Shown: piece after piece, positions 16,926 through 26,357 of the stretch
Position numbering within the stretch: the stretch's first letter is position 1
Layout of the letters: each line of letters opens with the position of its first letter
DNA from: Candidatus Segetimicrobium genomatis
GTDB taxonomy: Bacteria; Sysuimicrobiota; Sysuimicrobiia; Sysuimicrobiales; Kaftiobacteriaceae
Assembly (NCBI GenBank): GCA_005882295.1
Contig: VBAI01000007.1
Coordinates: 1-44,281, forward strand
Length of the DNA: 44,281 bases
Reading direction: 5' to 3'
Program-made: the position numbers and the translations under genes
Notes under the pieces: generated by a model
Told to the model about the DNA's origin: nothing
Databases searched by the model: none
What the model saw: only the letters and a program-made list of their open reading frames with translations

Positions 16926-17001
16926 GCCGCTGTAGCTCAACTGGCAGAGCGCCTGATTTGTAATCAGGAGGTTAGGGGTTCGACTCCCCTCGGCGGCTCC
17001 A
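16926..17001 (+). tRNA. tRNA-Thr(UGU)
   Basis: 76-nt cloverleaf: acceptor GCCGCTG/CGGCGGC, anticodon stem CCTGA/TCAGG with TGT, GGTTCGACTCC T-arm, encoded CCA; TATAAT at 16909-16914. Confidence 0.97.
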
Positions 17002-17014
17002 GAGGTCCCTTCGT

Positions 17015-17611
17015 ATGTCGACCACGTTCCCGCCGTATGTCGAACGTCAGCTGAAACTCCTCGCCACCAGAACGACTCTCTACCGCAGTATCGATCTGGG
17101 CATCAACAAGTTTGCTCATCCAGACGGGACAGGCGGCCGCGCCCACGAGGTCTGCATGGTCTTCAGGCGGCCGGGCGGCGACGTGCTGACATTTCGCAAG
17201 ACGTTCTATCCGCCCGGCGTGTACCGGCTGCCGACGGGAGGGATTCTTCCCGGCGAAGGGATTGTGGATGCCCTCACACGCGAAGCGAAAGAGGAGACCG
17301 GCCTGTCAGGTGATCCTCACCGCCTTCTTGCCGTAGTGGGGTACCGTGCAGGGGAGGCCGGTCAGCATCCGTCCACCTATACGTTCGCGTTCCTGTTGGA
17401 CGATGTGCGCGCGGCTCCGGTCGCCGTGGATCCCCAAGAACAGGTCGAGGACTTTCAATGGGTGGACGTGGATCAGCTGCCGCGCATGGCCGACGTACTG
17501 GCGCGCCTTGGAACCACCTGGTCGCCTGACCTGGAGGGTACCTGGGACGATTGGGGAAGATTCCGAGCGGCCATCCACACGGTCATCTGGGAGGCGTTGC
17601 AGGAGAGGTGA
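17015..17611 (+). CDS. Nudix hydrolase
   Basis: Nudix box GGILPGEGIVDALTREAKEETGL. Confidence 0.88.
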   Translation: MSTTFPPYVERQLKLLATRTTLYRSIDLGINKFAHPDGTGGRAHEVCMVFRRPGGDVLTFRKTFYPPGVYRLPTGGILPGEGIVDALTREAKEETGLSGDPHRLLAVVGYRAGEAGQHPSTYTFAFLLDDVRAAPVAVDPQEQVEDFQWVDVDQLPRMADVLARLGTTWSPDLEGTWDDWGRFRAAIHTVIWEALQER

Positions 17612-17688
17612 GCAAGGGGCGAGGTCCGGACGTAGCGAAGCAGATGCTCGCCGTGCCGTTTCGATTCCCATTCTGAGGAGGGGTTCCG

Positions 17689-18066
17689 ATGCCGAAGGAT
17701 CTCACGGTCGTAATGGAAGACCGGGTGGGGCAACTGGCGATGCTTGGCGAGGCGCTGGGGAAGGCCAAGGTCAATGTCTTGGGGGGATGCGGCATTACCT
17801 CCATGGGCAGGGGGACTATCCACCTGCTCTTCGATGACAAGGCCGTGGATGCCGCGAAGCGGGCCTTGCAGCAGGCCGGCATCACCGTTCAAGGTGAGCA
17901 GGACGTCCTGGTGCAGAAGGTCGCCGATCAACCTGGGGCGCTCGGTAAGCTCGCCCGCAAGCTGGCTGACGCCGGGGTGAACGTCAATCTGCTCTATCTG
18001 GCGACCGACACCCGCGTCGCGTTCGGCGTCAGCGACATAGCCAAAGCCAAAACCGCGCTCAAATAA
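17689..18066 (+). CDS. Tandem ACT-domain (amino acid-binding) protein
   Basis: EDRVGQLA...VNV and ADQPGALG...AGVNVN repeats; GAGGAGG RBS. Confidence 0.88.
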   Translation: MPKDLTVVMEDRVGQLAMLGEALGKAKVNVLGGCGITSMGRGTIHLLFDDKAVDAAKRALQQAGITVQGEQDVLVQKVADQPGALGKLARKLADAGVNVNLLYLATDTRVAFGVSDIAKAKTALK

Positions 18067-18076
18067 ACCAACAACG

Positions 18077-18171
18077 GTCTACCCAGTCTTCCCAGTCTAC
18101 CCAGTCTTCCCGGTCTCCAAGCCCAGCGTGGTTTGCAAGTAGACTAAGGAGACCAAGAAGACCAAGTAGAC
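18077..18171. repeat. 9-mer inverted tandem repeat element (GTCTWCCCA)n...(AGACYAAGN)n
   Basis: GTCTACCCA GTCTTCCCA GTCTACCCA GTCTTCCCG GTCT ... AGACTAAGG AGACCAAGA AGACCAAGT AGAC; between convergent genes. Confidence 0.9.
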
Positions 18172-18183
18172 GTTCTGAGTTTG

Positions 18184-18483
18184 TTAGCGGCGGTGCAAGA
18201 CGCTGAGGGCGTCTGGGCCCAGGAACGCGAAGAGGACGATGGCGAGAAAGAACATCGGCGTGACCACGGCATAGGCCAGGCTGAGCTTCTCATAGCGCAG
18301 GTGCATGAAGTAGGCGATGATCAGCCCCGCCTTCATCAGCGCCATGATCAGCAGCGAGATCACCAGCAGCGTATGCGGCAGGTGGACCAGGACGGCCCCC
18401 AGCTCAAGGAGGGTGATCACCAGGAGCCAGAACCAGACCACTCCATAGACACGATAGCCGCCAGCGTGTGCCTCTTCCGTCAT
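18184..18483 (-). CDS. Cytochrome c oxidase subunit IV family protein
   Basis: Three TM helices, KAGLIIAYFMHLRYE; AAGGAG RBS. Confidence 0.88.
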   Translation of the reverse strand: MTEEAHAGGYRVYGVVWFWLLVITLLELGAVLVHLPHTLLVISLLIMALMKAGLIIAYFMHLRYEKLSLAYAVVTPMFFLAIVLFAFLGPDALSVLHRR

Positions 18484-18500
18484 CGCCCGCTCCTTGGCCG

Positions 18501-19121
18501 TCAGATCAAGTAGAGCAGCGTGAAGATGAATACCCACACCAGATCGACGAAGTGCCAGTACAGCCCCGCGATCTCTACACTCTCAGGCTGAATGCTCCGC
18601 CGGCTCCAGCGCAGTGTTGTCACCAAGAGGTACAGGACACCCACCGATACGTGTCCGCCGTGGAACCCGGTGGTGATGAAGAACGTCGCAGAAAACTGCG
18701 GGATTCCCCAGGGGTTGCCGAAGAGTCGCGCGCCTTCCCGGATGAAGTGGGTCCACTCGTAGGCCTGGCCGCAGAGGAACAGCAACCCCCCCAGCACGGT
18801 CAGGAGCAGGTACGGGATGACACGCCGGTGGTCCCCCCGTTTGGCCGCCGAGACCGCGACGGCCATGGTGGCGCTGCTGCAGATCAGGATGAAGGTCATC
18901 GCACCGACCAGGTACAGGTTGAAGATCTCGGCGCGCACGGGCCAGCGGCCCAGTGAGATGCGTATCACTCCGTAGCCCGCCAGGAGCCCGGCGAACGTCA
19001 GCGTGTCGGAGACCAGGAACAACCACATCATCAGCTTGGGCCAGCCGACGGCAAACGGAGACTTGCCCCCGCTCCAATCGGAGGCCAACACCTGCTGTTG
19101 GTCGACCGCGCCGTGAGCCAT
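18501..19121 (-). CDS. ctaE: Cytochrome c oxidase subunit III (second copy)
   Basis: KLMMWLFLVSD..TF, TFILICSS, FFITTGFHGGHV, GLYWHFVDLVWVFIF. Confidence 0.92.
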   Translation of the reverse strand: MAHGAVDQQQVLASDWSGGKSPFAVGWPKLMMWLFLVSDTLTFAGLLAGYGVIRISLGRWPVRAEIFNLYLVGAMTFILICSSATMAVAVSAAKRGDHRRVIPYLLLTVLGGLLFLCGQAYEWTHFIREGARLFGNPWGIPQFSATFFITTGFHGGHVSVGVLYLLVTTLRWSRRSIQPESVEIAGLYWHFVDLVWVFIFTLLYLI

Positions 19122-19771
19122 CAGAGTGCGAATAGGATCACGAAGAGGTAGATCCATAATCCGGTCAGGAAGTGCCAGTATGCCGCGACCGGGTCCGCCA
19201 CATCCAGAGCCGCCGCCGCCGTCGCCGCCGCCGGTGCCCGGCGTACGGCGTAGAGGAGCGCGCCAATCCCGCCTGCCAGGTGAAGCCCGTGGGCTCCTGT
19301 GAGCAGGTAGAAGAACGAGCTGTGCGGGTAGGAGGACAGGTAAACTCCGGCCGCCACCAGCTGGCGCCAGGCCAGGAGCTGCCCGGCCAGGAATGCCAGC
19401 CCCAACAGTGTGGTGACCGTCAACCAGGTCCGCAGCCCGGCCATCTCCCCGCGCCGGGCGTGCCGGCGGGCCCCCTCCAGGGCGACGCTGCTGCCGAGCA
19501 GGACCCCGGTGGTGACCCAGAGCACCGGCGGGAGGGGACCGACCCGCCAGTCCGCCTCGCCCCGGCGAACGAGATATGTGCTGGTGAACGCGGCAAACAG
19601 CACGGTGATGGCACCCACCAGCAGCCACACGGCGATGCGCGCCGGAGTGGTCGCGGGCGTGCCCGCGAGCGCGTCACCTCCGGTCCCATCAGGCCCGCGA
19701 CCACCGATGGCCGGGGTGCCGGGATCACGAGCGCTAGGTGGTCGTTCGAGTGTCCGCGTAGGAGCTGGCAT
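19121..19771 (-). CDS. Cytochrome c oxidase subunit III-like (first copy)
   Basis: LFAAFTSTY, LLGSS, FFYLLTGAHGLHL, YWHFLTGLWIYLF. Confidence 0.88.
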   Translation of the reverse strand: MPAPTRTLERPPSARDPGTPAIGGRGPDGTGGDALAGTPATTPARIAVWLLVGAITVLFAAFTSTYLVRRGEADWRVGPLPPVLWVTTGVLLGSSVALEGARRHARRGEMAGLRTWLTVTTLLGLAFLAGQLLAWRQLVAAGVYLSSYPHSSFFYLLTGAHGLHLAGGIGALLYAVRRAPAAATAAAALDVADPVAAYWHFLTGLWIYLFVILFAL

Positions 19772-21636
19772 CACGCGCTGTTCAGGTCCGTCGTCGGAGG
19801 TTCGTCGGGGGCGCCGCCCTGCACCGGATGGTGCAGGGCGCCACCCGCGACCACCGCAGCCGTGACGGGCACCGTTTGAGGAATATAGTCTTCCGTGGCG
19901 CCCGGCACGCTATAGTCGTACGGCCAGCGGTGCACCGTCGGCAGGGTTGCCCCCCAGTTCCCATGCGGCGGAGGCGAGTCCGCCTGCCACTCCAGGGTGT
20001 TCGCGTGCCACGGATTCCCCTCCGCCTTGGGCCCGCGGAACAGGCTGCGGATAAAGTTGTAGGCGAAGATGAGCTGCGCGAGGCCGAGCCCGAATGCCGC
20101 GAGCGAGACGAACATGTTCAGACCCGACAACCCGCGGAGGAAATCGTACATTTGCGGCGAGTAGTACCGGCGCGGCTCGCCCGCCATCCCCAGGAAGTGC
20201 ATCGGGAAGAACGTGGCGTAGATGCCGACAAATGTCAGCCAGAAGTGCAGCTTCCCCAGCCTCTCGTCCATCATCCGGCCGAACATCTTCGGGAACCAGT
20301 GATACAACCCGCCGAACAGGCCGAAGAGGGCGGCGCTGGCCATCACGAAGTGGAAGTGCGCCACCACAAAGAATGTGTCCTGGAAGTAGACGTCCACAGC
20401 CGGCGACCCCAGGAAGATTCCGGTCAGGCCCCCGGTGACAAACAGCGACACGAAACCGATGGCGAAGAGCATCGCCGGGGTGAAGTGGATCCGCGCCCGC
20501 CAGAGCGTCGCCACCCAGTTGAACGTCTTGACCGCCGAGGGGATGGCAATCGCCAGCGTCGTCACCATGAAGGCCGTCCCCACCAGGGGATTCATGCCGC
20601 TGGTGAACATGTGGTGGCCCCATACCAGAAAGCTCAGGAACGCGATCGCGCAGATCGACGCCACCATCGCCTTGTACCCAAAGATCGGCTTCCGGCCGTG
20701 CACGGCCAGGATCTCTGAAACGATTCCCATCGGTGGGAGGATCAGCACGTACACCTCGGGGTGGCCGAGGAACCAGAACAGGTGCTGCCACAGCAGCGGG
20801 TTGCCGCCCTGATGGGTGACCAGTTGGCCCCCGACCACCAGGCCCGATGGCACGAAGAAGCTGGTCCCCAGGTGGCGGTCGAACAGCAGCATCACCACCG
20901 CCGCGAACAGCACCGGAAACGACAGCAGCATCAAGATGGCGGTGGTAAACTGCGCCCACGTCACCAGCGGCATCCGGCCCATCGACATGCCGCGGGTGCG
21001 CAGCTGCAGCACGGTGGTGATGTAGTTCAGCGAGCCGAACAGGAACGAGACGATCAAGATGGCCAGGCTGACCAGCCACAGCGACTGGCCCAGCCCCGAT
21101 CCCGGCGCGGCGAGTCCCGTTCCCGTCGCGGGATTGTATAACGCGGACAGGGGGGGATAGGCGGTCCACCCGGCGTTAGGGGCCCCGCCGGCCACGAAGA
21201 ACGACGCCAGCAGCACCACGATTGCCGGCGGGTACAGCCAGTACGACAGCATGTTCATGAACGGGAAGGCCATATCCCGCGCGCCGATCGTGAGCGGAAT
21301 GAGAAAATTGCCAAACCCGCCGGACAGCGCGGTGGTCAGGACGAAGAAGATCATGATCGAGCCGTGCATGGTGACGACGGCGAGGTAGAAGTCGGGCTTC
21401 AGCGTTCCGTCACCCGTGAACCCGCCGGGGAACAGCCATTTGGCCAGCCCCCACCGCGCCCCGGGCCAGCCCAGTTCCATACGGATCAACATCGCCAGGA
21501 CCCCGCCGACCGCCGCCATGAACAGCGAGGTCATCATGTACTGGATGCCGATAATCTTGTGGTCCTGGCTGAAGACATAGCGCTGGAGAAATCCGAGTTT
21601 GTGCTCTTCGTGTGCTGCTTCGTGCATCACCGCCAT
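19771..21636 (-). CDS. ctaD: Cytochrome c oxidase subunit I (A1 type)
   Basis: DHKIIG, TMHG, DMAFP, GWTAYPPLS, WFLGHPEVY, WGHHM, VAHFH, PRRY. Confidence 0.97.
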   Translation of the reverse strand: MAVMHEAAHEEHKLGFLQRYVFSQDHKIIGIQYMMTSLFMAAVGGVLAMLIRMELGWPGARWGLAKWLFPGGFTGDGTLKPDFYLAVVTMHGSIMIFFVLTTALSGGFGNFLIPLTIGARDMAFPFMNMLSYWLYPPAIVVLLASFFVAGGAPNAGWTAYPPLSALYNPATGTGLAAPGSGLGQSLWLVSLAILIVSFLFGSLNYITTVLQLRTRGMSMGRMPLVTWAQFTTAILMLLSFPVLFAAVVMLLFDRHLGTSFFVPSGLVVGGQLVTHQGGNPLLWQHLFWFLGHPEVYVLILPPMGIVSEILAVHGRKPIFGYKAMVASICAIAFLSFLVWGHHMFTSGMNPLVGTAFMVTTLAIAIPSAVKTFNWVATLWRARIHFTPAMLFAIGFVSLFVTGGLTGIFLGSPAVDVYFQDTFFVVAHFHFVMASAALFGLFGGLYHWFPKMFGRMMDERLGKLHFWLTFVGIYATFFPMHFLGMAGEPRRYYSPQMYDFLRGLSGLNMFVSLAAFGLGLAQLIFAYNFIRSLFRGPKAEGNPWHANTLEWQADSPPPHGNWGATLPTVHRWPYDYSVPGATEDYIPQTVPVTAAVVAGGALHHPVQGGAPDEPPTTDLNSA

Positions 21637-21682
21637 CGTTTGCTCCTCGTCTACGACGCCAGAGGCGCCGGCCCGTGAGGCG

Positions 21683-22510
21683 TCAGTGCGACTGCTGCGC
21701 CAGCCAGGTCTGGACTGCGTCCGCGGATTCGACCATGACCTTCCCGCGCATGATGTAATGGCCGATTCCGCACAGTTCCGCGCAGGCGATTTCGTAAGTG
21801 CCTTCGCGCGTCGGCGTGAACCAGATCTCCACAGTCATCCCCGGCACGGCGTCCTGCTTGACGCGAAACGCGGGGATGAAGAAGCTGTGCAGCACGTCTT
21901 TGGATCGAATTCTGACGCGCACCGGCCGGTTGACGGCGAGGTGCAGCTCCCGCGTCACGAGGTCGTCCGCGCTGGCCGGATCCGCCGGATCTAGACCCAT
22001 CGGGTTGTCCTTGGGGGAGATCCTCGCCGGATCCACGCGCCCAAAGATCCCGTCCGGCCCTGGGTAGCGAAACAGCCATCCAAATTGCTCGCCGCGCACC
22101 TCCACGACCATGGAATCCGCGGGAGCCGGGCCGTGGACGCGCGCCCAGACCACTGCCCCCATCGAAATCAGCGTGACCAGGACCGCCGCCGGGACTAAGG
22201 TGTACGTCAACTCGAGAGTTCGGTCATCATGCCAGTAGGCCGCCCGTTCAGTACCCCGCGCACCAAAGCGCCAGACGAACGCGGCGATCAAGATGTGGAC
22301 CAGGACGAACACGATGCCGGTGACCACAAACGTCGTATAGATCAGCCGGTCGACGTCGACGCCGTGCGCGGAAGCGACCGGCAGGAGCCACCAATACCGG
22401 CGCGCCAGCAGCGTCATCCCGACACCGCCGAACACGATCATCACGACAATCAGCGAGGCGAGAAGCCGGCCGGTACGGCGCTCGCCGGTAGCAGCTGGAA
22501 TTTCCGCCAT
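21683..22510 (-). CDS. ctaC: Cytochrome c oxidase subunit II
   Basis: QFGWLFRYPG, DVLHSF, CuA motif CAELCGIGHYIM; no C-terminal CxxCH. Confidence 0.95.
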   Translation of the reverse strand: MAEIPAATGERRTGRLLASLIVVMIVFGGVGMTLLARRYWWLLPVASAHGVDVDRLIYTTFVVTGIVFVLVHILIAAFVWRFGARGTERAAYWHDDRTLELTYTLVPAAVLVTLISMGAVVWARVHGPAPADSMVVEVRGEQFGWLFRYPGPDGIFGRVDPARISPKDNPMGLDPADPASADDLVTRELHLAVNRPVRVRIRSKDVLHSFFIPAFRVKQDAVPGMTVEIWFTPTREGTYEIACAELCGIGHYIMRGKVMVESADAVQTWLAQQSH

Positions 22511-22591
22511 GTGGGTGGCGTCCTCAGGAACTGACGTGCAGTTACCAGTAGTTATTTTTGCCTTCGGCGTCGAGTTTCCTGCGGTTACGGC

Positions 22592-23155
22592 CTACTGCCG
22601 TAACAGCCCTGTGATTTGCCGATGTAATCGCTGATACCCGTCGGGCCCGACATACCCCCCAGGGACTTTGTCGCGGAGCTGCATCCGGGGATCGAGAAAG
22701 AAGGTCGTGGGCAGCCCGGTGACCCCGTACGCCGTGAGACGGGTCTGCTCGGGATCGAAGACGCTGGGGTAGGTGATGGCCAGTTTCTTCAAAAACACCG
22801 CGGCGTCGTCGTAGTCATCGGCCACGTTGATGCCGAGCACGACGACCCCCTGGGTCCGGAATTCCTGCCAGGTCCGCTCCAGGTTCGGCATCTCCTCCCG
22901 GCAGGGTACACACCACGAAGCCCAAAAGTTCAGGACCACGATGTTCCCGCGATAGGCCGACAGGACGATCGGCGGGCCCGCAAAGGAACGAAGCCTGAAA
23001 TCCGGGGCGGGCCCCATCGATCGAAAGTTAGATGCGTCCGGGGCGGGAGCCCTGGGGGATGACGGCTGGGTCCACCGCGTCACGGTCGTCGCCAGGGCGG
23101 CTGCGATCGCGAGCGAGCCGATGACCACACTTCCCCACACCATCCAGGACCGCAT
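22592..23155 (-). CDS. TlpA/ResA-family membrane-anchored thiol-disulfide reductase
   Basis: N-terminal TM, APDF, VLNFWASWCVPCREE, GLPTTFFLD; start 23155 or 23164. Confidence 0.9.
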   Translation of the reverse strand: MRSWMVWGSVVIGSLAIAAALATTVTRWTQPSSPRAPAPDASNFRSMGPAPDFRLRSFAGPPIVLSAYRGNIVVLNFWASWCVPCREEMPNLERTWQEFRTQGVVVLGINVADDYDDAAVFLKKLAITYPSVFDPEQTRLTAYGVTGLPTTFFLDPRMQLRDKVPGGYVGPDGYQRLHRQITGLLRQ

Positions 23156-23314
23156 GCCGTGCATCTGCGAACTCACTATATCGCACCGGGGCAGGACAGG
23201 GGAACGAGCCCGCTCGGCCCCGGCGCTGTCATAATAGGGCTGCCGCCCGATAGCGCGGTCCACGGTCCCGCCCGACGGTGGAAGACAGAGCGGAGCGTAT
23301 CCGGGATCTCGCCT

Positions 23315-24625
23315 ATGACCGATCACGATTTTGGTGCACGCGTGCCGAAGGGGCGCCAGAGTCCAGCCGACTCCGCGGCGGCCGCGGTGCTGGAAGGCCG
23401 GAGCTCCAGGCGTGGAATCTCGCGGATCCTCCCATTCCTGGGACCGGCGTTTGTGGCCTGCGTCGCGTACATCGATCCCGGGAACTTCGCGACCAACATC
23501 GCCGGAGGTGCGCAGTACGGCTACCTGTTGCTGTGGGTGGTCATCGCCAGCAACCTGACAGCCATGCTGGTGCAGGCGCTGTCGGCTAAACTGGGAATCG
23601 CGACCGGGCGGAACCTCGCCGAGGTGTGCCGCGACCGGTTCCCGCGGCCCGTGGTCTGGGGGATGTGGGTCGTCAGTGAACTTGTGGCGATGGCCACCGA
23701 TCTGGCGGAGTTCCTCGGCGCCGCGCTGGGATTCTACCTCCTGTTCCGCATCCCGCTCTTTATCGCCGCACTCCTTGCCGGGGTGGTCACGCTGCTGATC
23801 CTGGCGTTGGAGCGGCGGGGGTTCCGCTCCGTCGAAGCAGTGATTACAGCGTTTGTCGGCGTCATCGCGGTGTCGTATCTGATCGAGACCATCCTCGACC
23901 GGCCGGACTGGACCGCCGTTGCGATCGGAGCGGTCGTGCCACGGTTTGCGGGAACGGAGAGCGTGCTCCTGGCCACCGGCATCCTGGGGGCCACCGTGAT
24001 GCCGCACGTCGTCTTCTTGCATTCGGCCCTGACGCAACACCGCATTGTGCCGCGCAACGAGGCGCAGGCGAGGCTGCTCTACCGTTTCGAGGTCACCGAC
24101 GTGGTACTGGCGATGGGGCTGGCGGGTGCCGTGAATGCCGCGATGCTGATCATGGCGGCCTCCACGTTCTATACGCATGCGCTGACGCACATCGCCAGCA
24201 TCGATGAGGCGCACCGTACCCTGGCGCCGCTGCTGGGCCGGGCCAGCAGCACGATTTTCGCCATCTCGCTGCTGGCCTCGGGCCTATCGTCGTCCACGGT
24301 CGGGACCATGGCCGGTCAAGTGATCATGCAGGGTTTTCTGCACCGGCAGATTCCCATTTGGATCCGGCGGCTGGTAACGATGATTCCGGCGCTGGTCGTG
24401 ATCGCGATGGGCCTGGATCCTACGCGGACGCTGGTGCTCAGCCAGGTCGTCCTCAGTTTTGGGCTGCCGTTTGCCCTGGTGCCGCTGGTCATCTTCACCA
24501 GCCGCCGGGACGTCATGGGCGCACTGGCGAATCACCGCATCACGACTGTGCTGGCGTCGGCCGTCACCACCGTCATTATCGCGCTGAACGTATTCTTACT
24601 GTTCCGACTCCTGACTGGAGGCTAG
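23315..24625 (+). CDS. mntH: Nramp divalent metal transporter MntH
   Basis: YIDPGNFATN, GATVMPH..FLHS, GTMAGQVIMQGF, SQVVLS. Confidence 0.95.
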   Translation: MTDHDFGARVPKGRQSPADSAAAAVLEGRSSRRGISRILPFLGPAFVACVAYIDPGNFATNIAGGAQYGYLLLWVVIASNLTAMLVQALSAKLGIATGRNLAEVCRDRFPRPVVWGMWVVSELVAMATDLAEFLGAALGFYLLFRIPLFIAALLAGVVTLLILALERRGFRSVEAVITAFVGVIAVSYLIETILDRPDWTAVAIGAVVPRFAGTESVLLATGILGATVMPHVVFLHSALTQHRIVPRNEAQARLLYRFEVTDVVLAMGLAGAVNAAMLIMAASTFYTHALTHIASIDEAHRTLAPLLGRASSTIFAISLLASGLSSSTVGTMAGQVIMQGFLHRQIPIWIRRLVTMIPALVVIAMGLDPTRTLVLSQVVLSFGLPFALVPLVIFTSRRDVMGALANHRITTVLASAVTTVIIALNVFLLFRLLTGG

Positions 24626-24626
24626 G

Positions 24627-25574
24627 GTGTTCGGCCACCTGCTGGTCCCGCTCGATGGGTCGCGGCTCGCTGAGACGGCGCTCCCGGCCGCAGCCGAGCT
24701 CGCGCGTCGCCTGCGCGCGTCGGTGACGCTCCTGCACGTCCTGGAACCGGATGCTCCGCCGACCGTGCACGGTGATCGTCACCTGCGTTCTCCTGCGGAG
24801 GCGGAGGGATATCTGGCCGGGGCGGCCGACTGGATGGCCGCGCGCCAGGTGTCCGCGGACGTCGCCCTCAACCAGCAGCAAGGCGATGTCGCCGCCACGA
24901 TCGCCCGGATCGGGGGCGCGGTCGGCGCCGATCTGATCGTGCTCACGACGCACGGGCGGAGCGGTGTGCGCGGGCTGCTCTTCGGCCGCGTGGCGCAGCA
25001 GGTCTTGCAGCGGGGCGCGATTCCCGTGCTGCTGATCCAGCCGTCTGCGTCCGGCCGCGACGCCGCGTTTGCCTTCCGGCGGTTGCTCGTCCCGCTGGAC
25101 GGGAGCGATACCTCGGAGCGCGCCCTTCCTGCTGCGGCGGCGCTGGCCGCCGCCTACGGGGCGGAGCTGGGGTTGATGCGAGTTGTGCCGACTGTGGACA
25201 CGGTGTCGGGGGATCAGTCGGCCCCCGCGCGGCTGCTGCCCACGACCACGGCGGCGATGCTCGAGGTCGAAGCCGCTGAGGCCGGAAGCTATCTCGAGCG
25301 GATCGCGGGCGGGATGCGACAGGAGGGCAGGGTGGTGGCAACGGCCGTCGGCCGGGGGGATCCTGTGCGTGTGCTCGCCGACGCCGTCAGGCAGCGCCAG
25401 GTCGACCTGATGGTGATGGCCACACACGGCCGGTCAGGCGTCAGCGCGGTCTGGGCCGGCAGTGTCGCGTCGCGCCTGATCGGAACGGGGGCCACACCTG
25501 TCCTTCTGGTGCGCATTCCGCCTCACGATGAGAAAACGCCTGATCTGCTCCGGCCTAGCGCTCCTCCTCCCTGA
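24627..25574 (+). CDS. Tandem-domain universal stress protein
   Basis: Two LLVPLDGS...DL.V..THGRSG...G.VA...PVLL units. Confidence 0.92.
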   Translation: MFGHLLVPLDGSRLAETALPAAAELARRLRASVTLLHVLEPDAPPTVHGDRHLRSPAEAEGYLAGAADWMAARQVSADVALNQQQGDVAATIARIGGAVGADLIVLTTHGRSGVRGLLFGRVAQQVLQRGAIPVLLIQPSASGRDAAFAFRRLLVPLDGSDTSERALPAAAALAAAYGAELGLMRVVPTVDTVSGDQSAPARLLPTTTAAMLEVEAAEAGSYLERIAGGMRQEGRVVATAVGRGDPVRVLADAVRQRQVDLMVMATHGRSGVSAVWAGSVASRLIGTGATPVLLVRIPPHDEKTPDLLRPSAPPP

Positions 25575-26028
25575 CGGTCAATACGGGGATGTGGCTGTGG
25601 CGGACGACGTACTCTGCGACGCTGCCGAAGAAGATATGCGCCAGGCCGGTCCGGCCGTGGGTGCCCATCACGATCAGGTCGGCGCCAATCTCGCGGGCCA
25701 CATTCAGGATGCCGGTCCGTGCGGGCCCCTCACGCACCATCGTCTTCGCCTTCGGATAGCGGGCGGCAACCTTGGCCATCTCAGTTTTCGTCTCCGCGCG
25801 CAGGCGGTCGATGAGCTCCGCGGCCGCTGGCATCGCGGCGAATTCTGTCGGCAGACCGGCGATCCCGGCTAGACTGACGTCCAGAACGTTCAGGATCCCC
25901 AGCTCCGCGCCGAACGCGGCGCTCAAACTCGTCGCCCACTGCAGCGCCGGTTCTGCGGCGGGGGAGAAATCGGTGGGAGCCAGGATGCGCTTCAGGCGCG
26001 GGAGAGTCTGGACCCGGGTACTGCTCAT
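25555..26028 (-). CDS. Universal stress protein
   Basis: ILAPTDFS, ADLIVMGTHGRTGL...GSVAE.VVR....PVLTV. Confidence 0.93.
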   Translation of the reverse strand: MSSTRVQTLPRLKRILAPTDFSPAAEPALQWATSLSAAFGAELGILNVLDVSLAGIAGLPTEFAAMPAAAELIDRLRAETKTEMAKVAARYPKAKTMVREGPARTGILNVAREIGADLIVMGTHGRTGLAHIFFGSVAEYVVRHSHIPVLTVREEER

Positions 26029-26032
26029 ATGC

Positions 26033-26281
26033 TCACCTCGAGGTGCGTCCTGTGCCCGTCATCTTTCCTTGAAGGGCCTTCAGGGCGACGGCATATCCCG
26101 TCAGCAGGCCATGGTAGAAGCCCCGGGCGACCGGTGAGCCCACCTGCAAATACCGGGCGTGAGCCCGGTCAGTCGCTCTTACCAAACGCTGCCACGCTTT
26201 AGGGTTGTCCCGAGCGCGAATCCGCAACTTATCGAATAACTCCTCTACCGCTTCGGGCTGAGCGACGATAAATCGCTGCAT
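26033..26281 (-). CDS. Hypothetical helical protein (82 aa)
   Basis: Strong GAGGAGGTG RBS before ATG 26281; stop 4 nt before USP start. Confidence 0.6.
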   Translation of the reverse strand: MQRFIVAQPEAVEELFDKLRIRARDNPKAWQRLVRATDRAHARYLQVGSPVARGFYHGLLTGYAVALKALQGKMTGTGRTSR

Positions 26282-26357
26282 GCTACACCTCCTCATGATG
26301 CGCAATATCGATTCTCTCATACGAAGCTCCAGCGCGCTCTGTCACCTGCTGGCCGGT

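Noticed and set aside
16926-17001. tRNA-Thr as integration site of a genomic island
   Set aside because: No integrase, no duplicated tRNA 3' end noticed by eye, and no obvious compositional shift downstream
25555-25574. 20-bp convergent overlap of the two USP genes as antisense regulation
   Set aside because: Short tail-to-tail overlaps are common; the extra residues look like simple stop-codon drift
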